Assembly: GCA_030390025.1 (NCBI GenBank)
Contig: CM059432.1
Coordinates: 53,570,001 to 53,634,000 of the forward strand
Source: Squalus acanthias
Lineage: Eukaryota
Direction of reading: 5' to 3'
DNA length: 64,000 nt
A model generated the notes under the pieces. It was given only the letters and a program-made list of their open reading frames with translations. It was not told the origin of the DNA and did not search any database. The position numbers and the translations under genes were made by a program. This document shows positions 1 to 12,128 of this stretch, in pieces. How positions within the stretch are numbered: position 1 is the stretch's first letter; the number at the start of each line of letters is the position of its first letter.

Positions 1-208
1 AAACACAGCATGTACTGATCCTGCAAAAGAAATATTGAAAGGTTGTTGTGGTGGAGATGTCTGCAGGATATGGAAAATAGCGTAATAACCCAAGTACATA
101 TCCATTGTGTGGTTTGGGATTTGATACACAGATGTGCAAAGCCATATGATACCCAAAGGGTTACTATGTGACTGAAGCTACAGAAACAAACGTGAGTGAT
201 ATTTTTAT

Positions 209-411
209 AAAATAAAAACAGAAAATGCTCAGCAGGTCAGGTAGCATCTGTAGAGAGAGGAAGGTAGGGTTAATGTTTCTGATGATAGGTCATTGGCCTG
301 AACCGTTAACCCTACCTTTCTCTCTCCACAGATGCTATGTAACTTGCTGAGTGTTTCCAGCTTTTACTGTTTTTATTTCAGATTTCCAGCATCTGCAGTA
401 TTTTGCTTTTT
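209..411. repeat. Fold-back copy of a Penelope-like terminal repeat with a degenerate hammerhead motif
   Basis: 209-~279 is an imperfect inverted repeat of ~300-380. The same sequence occurs at 41275-41412 and 62662-62761. CTGATGA-TAGGTCATTGGCCT-GAACCGTT lies at 279-307. Confidence 0.65.
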
Positions 412-2994
412 ATGATGTTTTTATACATTTTTCTTTGCCTTGTGTATTACTTTTTAGTCTAGTGTCCCCCATACCTTATGGTGTACCAGGTGGAGGGAGT
501 AATAACTAATTGTTGGCCGGCTGGTGACTTCTCCTCATAATCGAATGGCTGGGTCCAGTGTCCTGGCGAATGAAACTAGGGCTGTAGCTAGAGCTTTAAA
601 CTAATGAAGGGGAGGAGGGGACAGGTGAGGGGAAATTTAGAAATCCTATGAGCAAAGTAAAGGCAATGGAGCAGTGTAGTGATTTGGGTAAAGATAAGCA
701 GTGTGTGACAGGAATAGTCAGAGAGTTTAACGGTAATACTGCATCAGTAAATAATGTGAAAGCAGGGCATAGTGGTAAATAGTTAAAATTATAGGCTCTT
801 TGTCTGAATGCATGAAGCATTCATAACAAGATAGATGAATTAGTGGCATAAATAGAGCGAAATGAGTTTGGTCTAATAGCCATTACAGTGACGTGGTTGC
901 AGGGTGACCAAGGTTGGGAATTAAATATTCCAGGGTTCTTGATGTTTCAAAAAGACAGGCAGAATGGAAAAGGAGTGGGGGCTAGCCCTGATAATAAAGG
1001 ATGATGGAAGGACAGTAGTGAGAAAGGATCTTGGCTTGGAAGATCAGGAAGTCGAATCAGTATGGGCAGAAAACACTGGTGGGAGTAGTTTATAAGCCCC
1101 CTAAAACTAGGTATAATTCTGGACAGAGCATTAATCAACAAATAATAGGAGTTTGTAACAAAGATAATAAAATAATCATAGGGGACTTTAATCTTCATAT
1201 AGACTGGGCAAATCAAATTGGCAAAGGTAGTCTGGAGGATGAGTTCATGGAATGTATTTGAAACAGTTTCCTGAAACAATACATCATGGAACCAACCAGG
1301 GAACAGGCTATTTTAGATCTTGTGTTGTGTAATGAGACAGGGTAAATCAGTAATCTCATAGTAAAGGATCCTCTGGGGAAGAGTGATCATAATACAATAG
1401 AATTTCACATTGGGTTGAGAGTGAAATAATTAAGGCTGAAACTAGAGTCTTACACTTAAATGAAGCCAATTACATAGGTATGAGGGGTGAATTGGCTAAG
1501 GTAGATTAGGAAATTAGATTAAAAGGTATGACAGTAGATAAACAGTGGCATACATTTAAAGAAATATTCCAAAATTCTCAACAATATACATTCCATTGGG
1601 AAATAAAATCTCCATGGGAAAAGTGATCCATCTGTGGCTAACTAAAGAAGTTAAGGATAGTATTAGATTAAAAGAAGAGGCTTATAATGTTGCAAAGAAA
1701 AGTAGTAAGCCTGAGGACTGGGAGAGCTTTAGAAACTAGCAAAGGATGACCAAAAAATTGATAAAAAGGGAGAAAATAGAATATAAGTGTAAACTAGTAA
1801 GAAATATAAAAACAGATTGTGAGAGCTTGTACAAGTCTATGAAAAGGAAGAGAGTAGCAAAAGTAAGCATTGCTCCCTTAGAGGCTAGGACAAGAGAAAT
1901 TATAATGGGGAATAAGGAAATTCCAGAGACTTTAAACAAATATTTTGTACCTGTCTTCACAGTAGATGACACAACAAGTATACCAACGATAATGAAGAAC
2001 CAAGGGGCTAATAAGAGTGAGTAATGTAAAGTAATTAAGATCAGTAGAAAAAAGTACTTCAGAAATTAATGGGACTAAAAGCTGACAAATCCCCTGGACC
2101 CTGCTATTCAAGAAAAGAGGAAGAGAGAAAACAGGGAACTACAGGCCAGTTAACCTGACATCAGTTGTTGGGAAAATGCTGGAATCCATTATTAAGGAAC
2201 TGGTAACAGGGCACTTAGAAAATCATAATAGGCAGATGAAAGGTTGTTACACAAGATAAGGGCTCATGGGCTTGGGGAAAGCATGGATAGAGGATTGGTT
2301 AATGAACAGAAAAGAGAGAGTAGGGCTAAATGGGTCATTTTCAGGTTGGCAGGCTGTAACTAGTGAGGTGCCACAAGGATCAGTGCTGCATCCTTAGCTA
2401 CGTACAATCTATATTAATGACTTAGATGAAGGGAACGAGTGTAATGTATCCAAGTTTGCTGATGATACAAAGCTAGGTGGGAAAGTAAGCGGTGAGGAGG
2501 ACACAAAGAGCCTGCAAAGGGATATAGACAGGTTAAGTGAGTGGGCAAGAACATGGCAGATGGAATGTAATGTGGGAAAATGTGAGGTTATTCACTTTGG
2601 TAGGAAGAATAGAAAAACAGAACAATTTTTAAACGGTGAGCAACTATTAAATATTGGTCTTCATAGAGATTTAAGCGTCCGCATGCAGGAAATACAGGAA
2701 GTTAGCATGCAGGTACAGCAAGCAATTAGGAAGGCAATTGGCATGTTGGCCTTTATTGCAAAGGGAGTCTTGCTACAATTGTACAGGGCTTTGGTGAGGC
2801 CATACCTGGAGTACTTTGCTCAGTTTTGGTCTCCTTATCTGAGAAAGGATATACTTGCCTTAGAGGCGGTGCAACGAAGGTTCACTAGATTGATTCTTGG
2901 GATGAGAGGCTTGTCCTATGAGAGAGATTGAGTAGATTGGGCCTATACTCTCTGGAGTTTAGAAGAATGAAAGATGATCTCATTGAAACATATA

Positions 2995-3776
2995 GGGGGA
3001 AAAATTTGTGTTCGCCAGGAAAGTTGCCGGTGTCACCAGCAACTGCAATTAACGGCCACTGGAAATGGCCGCAACGCTAACCGAGTGAAATTGGTCTGGG
3101 GGGCATGGAGATAGGTGGTGCAGTGCTCACCTTCCATGCAACGCTGTTCTGGTGGCATTGCTGGAGGGATCCATGATGAAGTTTCTGTCCAGGTCCGGCA
3201 TTGCAGCTTCCCACAGCCTCTGTGAGCAAAGCTGTGGAGCTCGCAAGGAATTGTGGGCAATGAAGAGGTCTGAGAATTATAGGGGCCATGCACACTGAAG
3301 CAATACAAAATAAAATGCAGTGAATCAATACATTTTTCAGTCCTTTCTGCCTTTTAAGAAATATTCAATATTTAAACAAAGTTCCAAATGTGAATATTCA
3401 GCTGTTAAAGCTGAATTACCTTCCTAACCTCAACAAATGGGAAAACTGCCTCAGCACTAACACACATGGCTCAGGAGGTCAGGGGAGGGGCAATACTCCA
3501 GCAGGTTAACCTGGCGTGCTTAGGACCCAGCGCTGAATTCAGCGCTAGTGTCAAAGTTTGTGTTGGTGACGTTAAGTCAACGTTGCTCACCGATTGACGT
3601 CACCACGTCGCCACTTATTTTTACAGGGCATGGCCAGTTATCGGCAGTGCAAAGGGGGAGACAAAAATGGCAGCTGCCGCGGGACCCGCCACCAGCTGGC
3701 GCAAAAGCAGCGGCCGCCATTTTATCGCCATTTCATGGCGCTATGGAGTGGTGGTGAGTACATGAATTTCTAGCCC
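2995..3776. mobile_element. Non-autonomous Harbinger-like element (MITE) inside CR1 RT
   Basis: Imperfect TIRs GGGGGAAAAATTTGTG / rc GGGCTAGAAATTCATG and TSD ATA (2992-2994, 3777-3779). The CR1 sequence rejoins on removal. Confidence 0.85.
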
Positions 3777-4099
3777 ATAATATTCTGAGGGTGCTTCACA
3801 GGGTAAATGCTGAGAGGTTGTTTCCCCTGGCTGGAGAGTCTAGAACTAGGGGGCATAGCCTCAGGATAAGGTGTCGGCCATATAAGACTGAGATGAGGAG
3901 GAATTTCTTCACTCAGAGGGTTGTGAATCTTTGGAATTCTCTACCCCAAAGGGATATGGATGCTCAGTTATTGAGTATATTCAAGGGTGAGAGAGATAGA
4001 TTTTTGGACTCTAGGCGAATCAAGGGCTATGGAGATTGGGCGGGAAAGTGGAGTTGAGGTCAAAGATCAGCCGAAACTTTATTGAATGGCGGAGCAGGC

Positions 4100-6606
4100 T
4101 TTTTTTTAAATTCGTTTATGGGATCAGGGCGTTGCTGGCAATGCCAGCATTTATTGCCCATCCCTAGTTGCCCTTGAGAAGGTGGTGGTGAGCTGCCTTC
4201 TTGAACCGCTGCAGTCCGTGTGTGATGGTACTCCCACAGTGCTGTTAGGTAGGGAGTTCCAGGATTTTGACCCAGCAACGATGAAGGATCGGTGATATAC
4301 TTCTAAATTAGGATGGTGTGTGACTTGGAGGGGAACTTGGAGGTGGTGGTGTTCCCATGCGCCTGCTGCCCTTGTCCTTCTAGGTGGAAGAGGTTGTGGG
4401 TTTGGGAGGTGCTGCCGAAGAAGCCTTGGCGAGTTGCTGCAGTGCATCTTGTAGATGGTACACACTGCAGCCACGGTACGCCGGTGAAGAGATCGCAAAG
4501 TCTCTGTTTGAAGAATGGACTCAGTCGAGTATAGTTTGTGGACTTTATGGGATTTTTCTGAGGGTATTTTCCCTGTGATGGGATCACCCTGTGCAGATAT
4601 GTGAAAAACTGGTTTGTTAAAACTCCAGAGAACGCATGGCAGTTGGCTGTGACAAAAGAATTGTCAGTCATCCCGAATGTATAGGTTCGCCCGACAGTCC
4701 TGGAAAAAGGGAAGGGGGCCATTGACCTGTTGAACTTGAACCTATTAGAAAGCACTCTAATATGCAAAAGCACTACTCACCTCCATCTCAGAAGAGAAGC
4801 AGAACAATGAACCCACTGGCCTAGCCAGCCAGAGAGGAGCCAGTTTTTCCCAACACAAAGACCGAGAGATGTCCCAGACTTAGGGCCATTAGTCCAATCA
4901 CGGAATACTCATGGGTCTGAGGATGACCCATCACTGATTAAGCACCGGAGAGCTTAGAAACAAAAGGATTTTAAAGATTGGCGGGAAAGATAGGGGTAGC
5001 GAGACTCCTATAAAGATAGACCCTTTCCCACCATTCTCTCTCTCTCTCTCGCTCTCGCTCCACCAAGATTGACCTAACAAGAAGAAGTACCAGAGGAAGA
5101 AGCAGCTAAGCGGAGCGATCGAGACCGACTGTGTGTGGGGGTAAGCATGGTCTCGAGTGTCCCAAGCTGGTAACCAGAGGGCTCAGAGTTTTTCTCAGAA
5201 GTGAAGCTTTTGGGCTATTCCGGGGTGGCAGCTTCGTTTGGTTCAGCCAGGCGAAGGGGCTTATGCGACTGGGTAATTCATTGGTAGGGGTGGAATTAGA
5301 GTCCACCATAGCAACAAGGGAATTACTGCTTGTTATAGTCCCCAGTTGGGTTCTGTATGTATGTTGTTTGTAACCTGGATTTTTTATTCTCCACAGAGAC
5401 AGTGATTTCATTTAGTAGTGCATGTTTTAGCCAGTGTATGTTAGACCAAATAAATATAAGTACGATTTTTCACCGAAGCATTCCTGTCCGTGACTTATTT
5501 CATTTACACACTGAATAATAATTCCCGGGTATAGAACTTTCGTAAGGCGGGGGCGATTCGAACCGTCCGTCTAGCAATTGGGCTAGGATCAAAACCGCTT
5601 ACACCGGTGGTGGAGGGAGTGAATGTTTCAGGTGGTGGATGGGGTGCCAATCAAGCGGGCTGCTTTGTCCTGGATGGTGTCGAGCTTCTTGAGTGTTGTT
5701 GGAGCTGCACTCATCCAGGCAAGTGGAGAGTATTCCATCACACTCCTTACTTGTGCCTTGTAGATGGTGGAAAGGTTTTGAGGAGTCAGGAGGTGAGACA
5801 CTCGCCGCAGAATACCTAGCCTCTGACCTGCTCTTGTTGCCACAGTATTTATGTGGCTGGTCCAGTTAAGTTTCTGGTTAATGGTGATCCCCAGGATGTT
5901 GATAGTGGGGATTCGGTGATGGTAATGCCATTGAATGTCAAGGGGAGGTGGTTAGACTCTCATTTGTTGGAGATAGTCATTGCCTGGCACTTCTGTGGCG
6001 CGAATGTTACCTGCCACTTATCAGCTCAAGCCTGAACGTCGTCCAGGTCTTGTTGCATGCGGGCATGGGCTGCTTCATTATCTGTGGAGTTGTGAATGGC
6101 GCTGAACACTGTGCAGTCATCAGCGAACATCCCCATTTCTGACCTTATGTTGGAGGGAAGGTCATTGATGAAGCAGCTGAAGATGGTTGGGCCTAGGACA
6201 CTGCCCTGAGGAACTCCTGCAGCGATGTCCTGGGGCTGTGATGATTGACCTTCAACCACCACAACCATCTTCCTTTGTATTAGGTATGACTCCAGCCAGT
6301 GGAGCGTTTTCCCCCTGTATCCCATTGACTTCAGTTTTACTAGGGCTCCTTGATGCCAGACTCGGTCAAATGCTGCCTTGATGTCAAGGGCAGTCACTCT
6401 CACCTCACCTTTGGAATTCAGCTCCTTTGTCCATGTTTGGACCAAGGCTGTAATGAGGTCAGGAGCCTAGTGGTCTTGGCGGAACCCAGTCAGTGAGCAG
6501 GTTATTGGTGAGTAAGTGCCGCTTGATAGCACTGTCAATGACACCTTCCATCACTTTGCTGATGATTGAGAGTAGACTGATGGGGCGGTAATTGGCCGGG
6601 TTGGAT
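4100..6606 (-). mobile_element. 5'-truncated APE-RT LINE (family of 42558-45802) inserted in the CR1 3' UTR
   Basis: ORF fragments ALDIKAAFDRVWH, GVPQGSVLGP, FADD and YKAQVRSVMEY. A-rich 3' tail at ~4100. Confidence 0.9.
4485..5603 (+). mobile_element. Solo LTR (1119 bp)
   Basis: TG...CA termini, 4-bp TSD CCGG (4481-4484, 5604-5607), TATAAA at 5009 and AATAAA at 5449. The flanking LINE is contiguous once it is removed. Confidence 0.85.
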
Positions 6607-6662
6607 TGAGGGGCCATATGGCCTACTCCTGCTATAATTCTTATGTACTTATGTTCTTATGC

Positions 6663-7982
6663 CGGTATCCTTTTACATTATTCTCCTTCTCACATCCCAC
6701 TTCCTACAATCGCTTCTGATTTACAAACTGCACATGGTGTAAGCATGCACCTCTTGCTTTAACCCCCTCCCCTCACCACAACCCGACCCTTGTGCCTTCC
6801 TCATTTCACACACCCAAGAAATCCAGCCTGCTCAGCCAGTGGTTGACCAAGAAGAGGGAGAGGAGAATGAAAAATAAGAAGAAACGCTGTCACTCGATTT
6901 CGCACTCCCAGCCATCAGTTCCTCGAGGCCATCTCACAAGGCCATCTGCAGTGTCCCCAATTGATAGTCAGCAGCCTTCCACCAGCCATGATGCAGCCAC
7001 TGGGGTAGCACTGCATAACATCACTAGGATAGGCAAAGGCACAAGTAAGATAGTCACTAAGGGATTGCACAAGGGTGATTAGATTTAATTGATTTTTTTT
7101 AATGTAATATTGGATGTCATATATGGATAAAGTTGGATTGGAAAGTTTGCTTTGTGGTGGCTTTTATTTCAGCATTGTGGCCAAGAGGACGCTGTGATGA
7201 TCAGTAACAGAGGGAAGCTAAGATGCTGAACAAATGTTGAAAGGGGAATTGGGGTTGTATTCACTGGTATCGCAGGCAAATGATTCAATCCCAGATATCC
7301 GGCCAGAAAGGGGCTGTCTGGTTTGCTTCCTTCCTTCTGCTTTTTCCTCTTTGATTCCTCCTTTTCTGCATCTTCCTCCCTCTGAGAGTAGCTTGTCCCC
7401 TTTGCTGCCTATGCTCCATCTCCATGTGATGCTGCAGCCCAAGGGGGACTGCAACTAGAGCCCCCATGACTGGGCACAACAGGTCTTCTCAGAAGTCTTT
7501 CTTTAACAGCCAAAGCCTTGCAAATGTCCAGCAGCACTCTCTGCACTCCCTGCACACTTTAACAACTTTTTAAATGTATTGCACCAAGCCACTACTCCAA
7601 TAAAATGTAAAAAAAAAGTCTAAAAGCAAAAATCTAAACTTACCTGAAAATTTTATGTGTCCCTTTAAGATGTGCTTGCAGCATTTCTGTTGTACTGCTG
7701 CATGCACGTTCTTCCGTGTGTGGTTTGGAGAGGGCGGTATTAAGAGTGACAATGTTGAAAATTGCAGATCTGTGCATCAATTCAAGTGTTGTACGCCGAT
7801 TCATGTAATGAGCTGCATCATTTAAATATGTGTGGTGAGCGCAGGCAACAGCAGCGCTGCTGACCTGCCCAAAATGGCGGCCGCCACATTCCGCGCCGGA
7901 AGCGAGTGGAAGCGAGGCAGCCACCAGTTTTTCTGCAAAACTGGTCTTAATGGCCGGAGCTAAAGGTCCAGTTTTGCAGACA
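6663..7982. mobile_element. Internally deleted Harbinger remnant (Myb-gene 3' end on +, transposase 5' end on -, terminus)
   Basis: QQPSTSHDAATG...KGLHKGD* ends at 7082. MGALVAVPL (-) is at ~7467. 7900-7982 is homologous to the reverse complement of the element end at 29374. Confidence 0.75.
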
Positions 7983-9248
7983 AAATCTTTTATTTTACCA
8001 ACCAAGGAAAACTATAATTACAATTGCAGAAGAGTAGATGACAGAGGATCTTCACACAGCTAGCTACAGTTCCACTTTCTGTAGGCTGCCTGACAAGACT
8101 GGATCAAATTACACATTGCAGGGTTGTCTACAGCAGGCAGAATCAAATTACACATTCCAGACAAACTGTTGGGTGTGTCTTGTCCTCCAAGGAGACCAAT
8201 CAGAAATCTGGTCCAAACCACTGGTGTTGCAAATAAACACAGCCAACAGTTCAAGCACCAGTTCAGATTGATAGGTGTGCACCTGATCTCTGGCAATCCA
8301 GTGGGGAAGACATGTCTTTATCCTCTGCAATGTAATAACAAGCATTTGTTCATTTTTTTAAATAATTGATGTATGCTTTGTCACTAGGTTATATAAATGC
8401 ATGTCATTTTGGCAGTTATATAATAGTAGGCTGGCTGTAACAGCTTCCATTTCCAGTCAAGTACTAGGTATAAGGGACTGTCAGTTTTTATGACAGTCAT
8501 GAGAGGTAGGACAATTTAACCAAGTTTCTTCATGTCTAGAGGAGCTGAACAGACTGCCTTGTATTTTCATTTGTTCATTGGCTTAATGAATACCTTAATC
8601 TTTAAGGTCTCTGAAGCAGAATTTGTTATTGGAAAAAGCACACAAACAAGTGTTTAACATTCAAAGCTTCCATTCATGGGCTTCATAAATTTCTTAAAAG
8701 CATTGTACCTACCTTAAATTTATTATAAGTTTAAAATTTAGTGAATTAGGCATTTGTCATAGAAATATTTCTATTATATTAAATAATGAAACCGATTTCT
8801 TCTAATGCTCAAGTATAACATTTTGTTTTTTCACATGTCATCCTTAATGCTTCTGTTTGTGCATTTGAAATATATTACTATAAATGTTTTCAAGAAGAAT
8901 CACAAATGTATTTTATGAAATATTACCATTATTTATTAATGAACTCATGCTTTACTGTTGTTGTCGCTCTTAAATATACAGCTCAAAAGAAAATTAGTTT
9001 TACATATAAAAGTTTGGAATGAACAAGTGTAAATCATTACTTTATGAAATGAATGGTGCAACATCTCTACAGTATGTGTGATCTACATACTTGTAGAGGT
9101 CATCTGGCAACCTAAACAGTTAAGGAGATACCTGCTAATCAGAAAATGGCATGTTGGAAGTCCAAGACTTTCTATGACTCTCACTCACTTAGCTGAGGTG
9201 AAGTATTCTAGTCAGCTCGCAGCAGGTCTAGAAGATAGAATGCTATAT

Positions 9249-10170
9249 TGGAAAATGTGAGGTTATGCACTTTGGCAGGAAAAATCAGAGAGCAAGTTAT
9301 TATCTTAATGGCGAGAAACTGGAAAGTACTGCAGTACAAAGGGATCTGGGGGTTCTAGTGCAAGAAAATCAAAAAGTTAGTATGCAGGTGCAGCAGGTGA
9401 TCAAGAAGGCCAACGGAATGTTGGCTTTTATTGCTAGGGGGATAGATTATAAAAACAGGGAGGTATTGCTGCAGTTATATAAGGTATTGGTGAGACCGCA
9501 CCTGGAATACTGCATACAGTTTTGGTGTCCATACTTAAGAAAAGACATACTTGCCCTCGAGGCAGTACAAAAAAGGTTCACTCGGTTAATCCCGGGGATG
9601 ATGGGGTGGACATATGAGGAGAGGTTGAGTAGATTGGACTCTACTCATTGGAGTTCAGAAGAATGAGAGGCAATCTTATTGAAACATATAAGATTGTGAA
9701 GGGGCTTGATCGGGTGGATGCGGTAAGGATGTTCCCAAGGATGGGTGAAACTAGAACTAGGGGGCATAATCTTAGAATAAGGGGCTGCTCTTTCAAAACT
9801 GAGATGAGGAGAAACTTCTTCACTCAGAGGGTAGTAGGTCTGTGGAATTTGCTGCCCCAGGAAGCTGTGGAAGCTACATCATTAAATAAATTTAAAACAG
9901 AAATAGATGGTTTCCTAGAGGTAAAGGGAATTAGGGGTTACGGTGAGCGGGCAGGAAATTGGACATAAGGCTGAGTTCGGATCGGTCAGGGCCCTGTGGG
10001 TGGCGGAGCGGGCCCAGAGGCTGAGTGGCCGGGTCCTGCTCCTACTTCTTGTGTTCTTTAGATTTGAGGTTAGGATCAGATCAGCCATGATCTTATTGAA
10101 TGGCGGAGCAGGCTCGAGGGGCCGATTGGCCTACTCCTGCTCCTATTTCTTATGTTCTTATGTTCTTATG
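9249..10170 (+). mobile_element. 5'-truncated CR1 LINE with a doubled 3' UTR
   Basis: RT C-terminus (LVRPHLEYCIQFW, RNFFTQRVV), (TTCTTATG)n tail and probable TSD TATAT (9244-9248, 10171-10175). Confidence 0.9.
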
Positions 10171-10424
10171 TATATAGTAATGCCAGGTGGATGGACAGTG
10201 GGTGGACGTAACTGCACTGGTCCCACTGCCTTCCCGCGGGTTTCGATATTAATATGCTCTTTTGAGCAAGCGAGAGGGACACCCACCAGAAGGCAACAGG
10301 GTCCTTCTTTAAATACGTAGATCGAGCTCCGAAGATGTCATCAGGGCCTTGCTGCGGGTAATGATGTGGTAGCAACTAGAGAAACTTGGCTGCAGCCTGG
10401 GCTAAATTGTGTGTTAAATACCAT

Positions 10425-11177
10425 GGGGGTGGGGGGGGAAATTGGGTTGCTTTGTGCCTCCTGTTAGCGCCCCCGGGGGCGCTAATGGGGCACAAAGCCC
10501 CTCATGCCTGGACGTGGCGCCGCTAACGCCTCCCGCGAAATTCAGCGGGAGGGTAGCAGCAGTGGTAGCTGGTAGCGCCCCGCGGTGCTGTGCCTCCGGC
10601 GATGACGTCATCGGTATGCACAGTGCCCCGCTCGCACCCTGGCCGCAAACTTCGGTCGCGCCCCCTGACCTACCGCTGGACGCTATGTCTGACAGGGTCA
10701 GGGTGGTGTTTTTGCAGCCGCAGTAGTGCAAATTAAAGGGCAGGTGCCGGGCGGCCATTTTTTTGGCCACCTGCCAGCACCTGCCCCCTTCCGCTTTTTT
10801 AAGCAGGCTGCCGGCCGCGATCGCTCAGCGCGGCACTCCTCTTGAGTGCTAGGCTGCTTTCCTGGCACCCCGCTCCCCAGTGGTCCAGCAGGGCCCCGGT
10901 GCGTGCAGCGCTCAGCCCCGCCCCTTTAATCAAGGGAGGAGGCCTGCAATACCGCGGCGCTATGTGCCAAAGTGCGTGGCGCTGTTGCACGCAGCGCCGT
11001 GATATTCAATGGTAGTATCCAGGAAGGAGGGAGAGTGCTTCCAGTGGCGTCACGCCTCCTGCTTGGGGCGCTACCACTGAATTTACAGTGCAGGGGCGCT
11101 AACTTTTTTTTGGGCATTAAAAGTAGTGCCCTGGCGAAGTTAGCGCCTCAAAGGGGGCGCTATCAAATTTTTCCCCC
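10425..11177. mobile_element. GC-rich non-autonomous Harbinger element
   Basis: Ends GGGGGAAATTGG / AAATTTTTCCCCC with CAT/ATG on both flanks. Shares TTAGCGCC and TGACGTCA motifs with the ends of the autonomous-type copies. Confidence 0.8.
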
Positions 11178-11374
11178 ATGCTTAGATATAGGCATCTGGA
11201 ATTTCCACAGGGATTCTCCAGATAGGGGGAAGCTGTCCTGCAAAAAAACAGTGCCGAACAGGAAATAATATTATGTCTATGCAGATACAAACATTGAAAA
11301 ATTAAAAAGAACTTTAGATGCAATACTAAACAGTCAAACATATCTTTAAGCAGTGTACATTTTATATAGGTGAG

Positions 11375-11769
11375 CAGTGTTAATGGAGATTTGATCGAGG
11401 TGTTTAAAATCATGAAGGATTTAGATAGAGTAAATAAAGAGAAACTGTTTCCAAAGGCTGAAGAATCGATAACCAGAGGGTGCAGATTTAAGTTGATTGG
11501 CAAAAAAAAGAGACAACATGAGGAAAAACCTTTTTACACAATGAGAGGTTAGGGTTTGGAATGCACTGCATAGGATGGTGGATACAGATTCAATTGTAGC
11601 CTTCAAAAGGAAATTGGATAAATACTTGAAGGAGAAAAAATTGCAGGGGTACGGGGAAAGAGCGGGAGAGTGGGACTAACTAGTTTGCTCTTTGAAAGAG
11701 CTGGCGCATACTCGATGGGCCGAATGTACTCTTTCTGTGCTGTACTATGCTATGATTCTATGACTTTAT
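11375..11769 (+). mobile_element. CR1 3' fragment; its (CTATGA-type)n tail continues at 15932-15952
   Basis: GDLIEVFKIMK...ITRG and a CR1-type 3' UTR and tail split by the Harbinger insertion. Confidence 0.85.
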
Positions 11770-12128
11770 GGGGGAAAAATTCAGTATCGCCCCATTTGGG
11801 GCGCAATTATCGTCTGGATGCAAAGATTAGCACCTGGCGCTAATTATCGGCACTGACTGGAAACTTCACTTTTACCGCCCCGGGAGGTGAGTGGAACGCT
11901 AAATCAGGCGCTGCACACCTGTCTTAAGGCGCAAAGGCCGAGCAGTGAGGCGCTAACTCAGCGCGCGAGCGCAGCGCAGGTGCTGCCAGTTAGCGAGGGA
12001 ACACAGACACACTGGCGCCGGCCAGTTCTTAAAGCGGGGGGGGCCAACTTGCTCCCCAGCCACACCCTGCTCATTGCAGCCTTGAATCTCGGCCTGGAGA
12101 GACCTGTGAATCCATTTTGCTGCCAAGG

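Larger units (their letters stand above)
525..6662 (+). mobile_element. Decayed CR1 LINE (ORF1 end, APE endonuclease, RT, 3' UTR), interrupted by three insertions
   Basis: Fragments GVVYKPP...[19 protein letters not shown] and LVRPYLEY...FWSPYL. The 3' UTR is split at ~4099/6606 and ends in (TTCTTATG)n at ~6638-6661. Confidence 0.9.

Noticed and set aside
1..197. Cys-rich stretch ending in a GTGAGT donor, with possible partner exons at ~17817-17920 and ~18011-18146 (a TNF-receptor-like pseudogene was considered)
   Set aside because: All three plus frames of 1-191 contain stops, and the resemblance needs several assumed frameshifts. Not supportable without a homology search.
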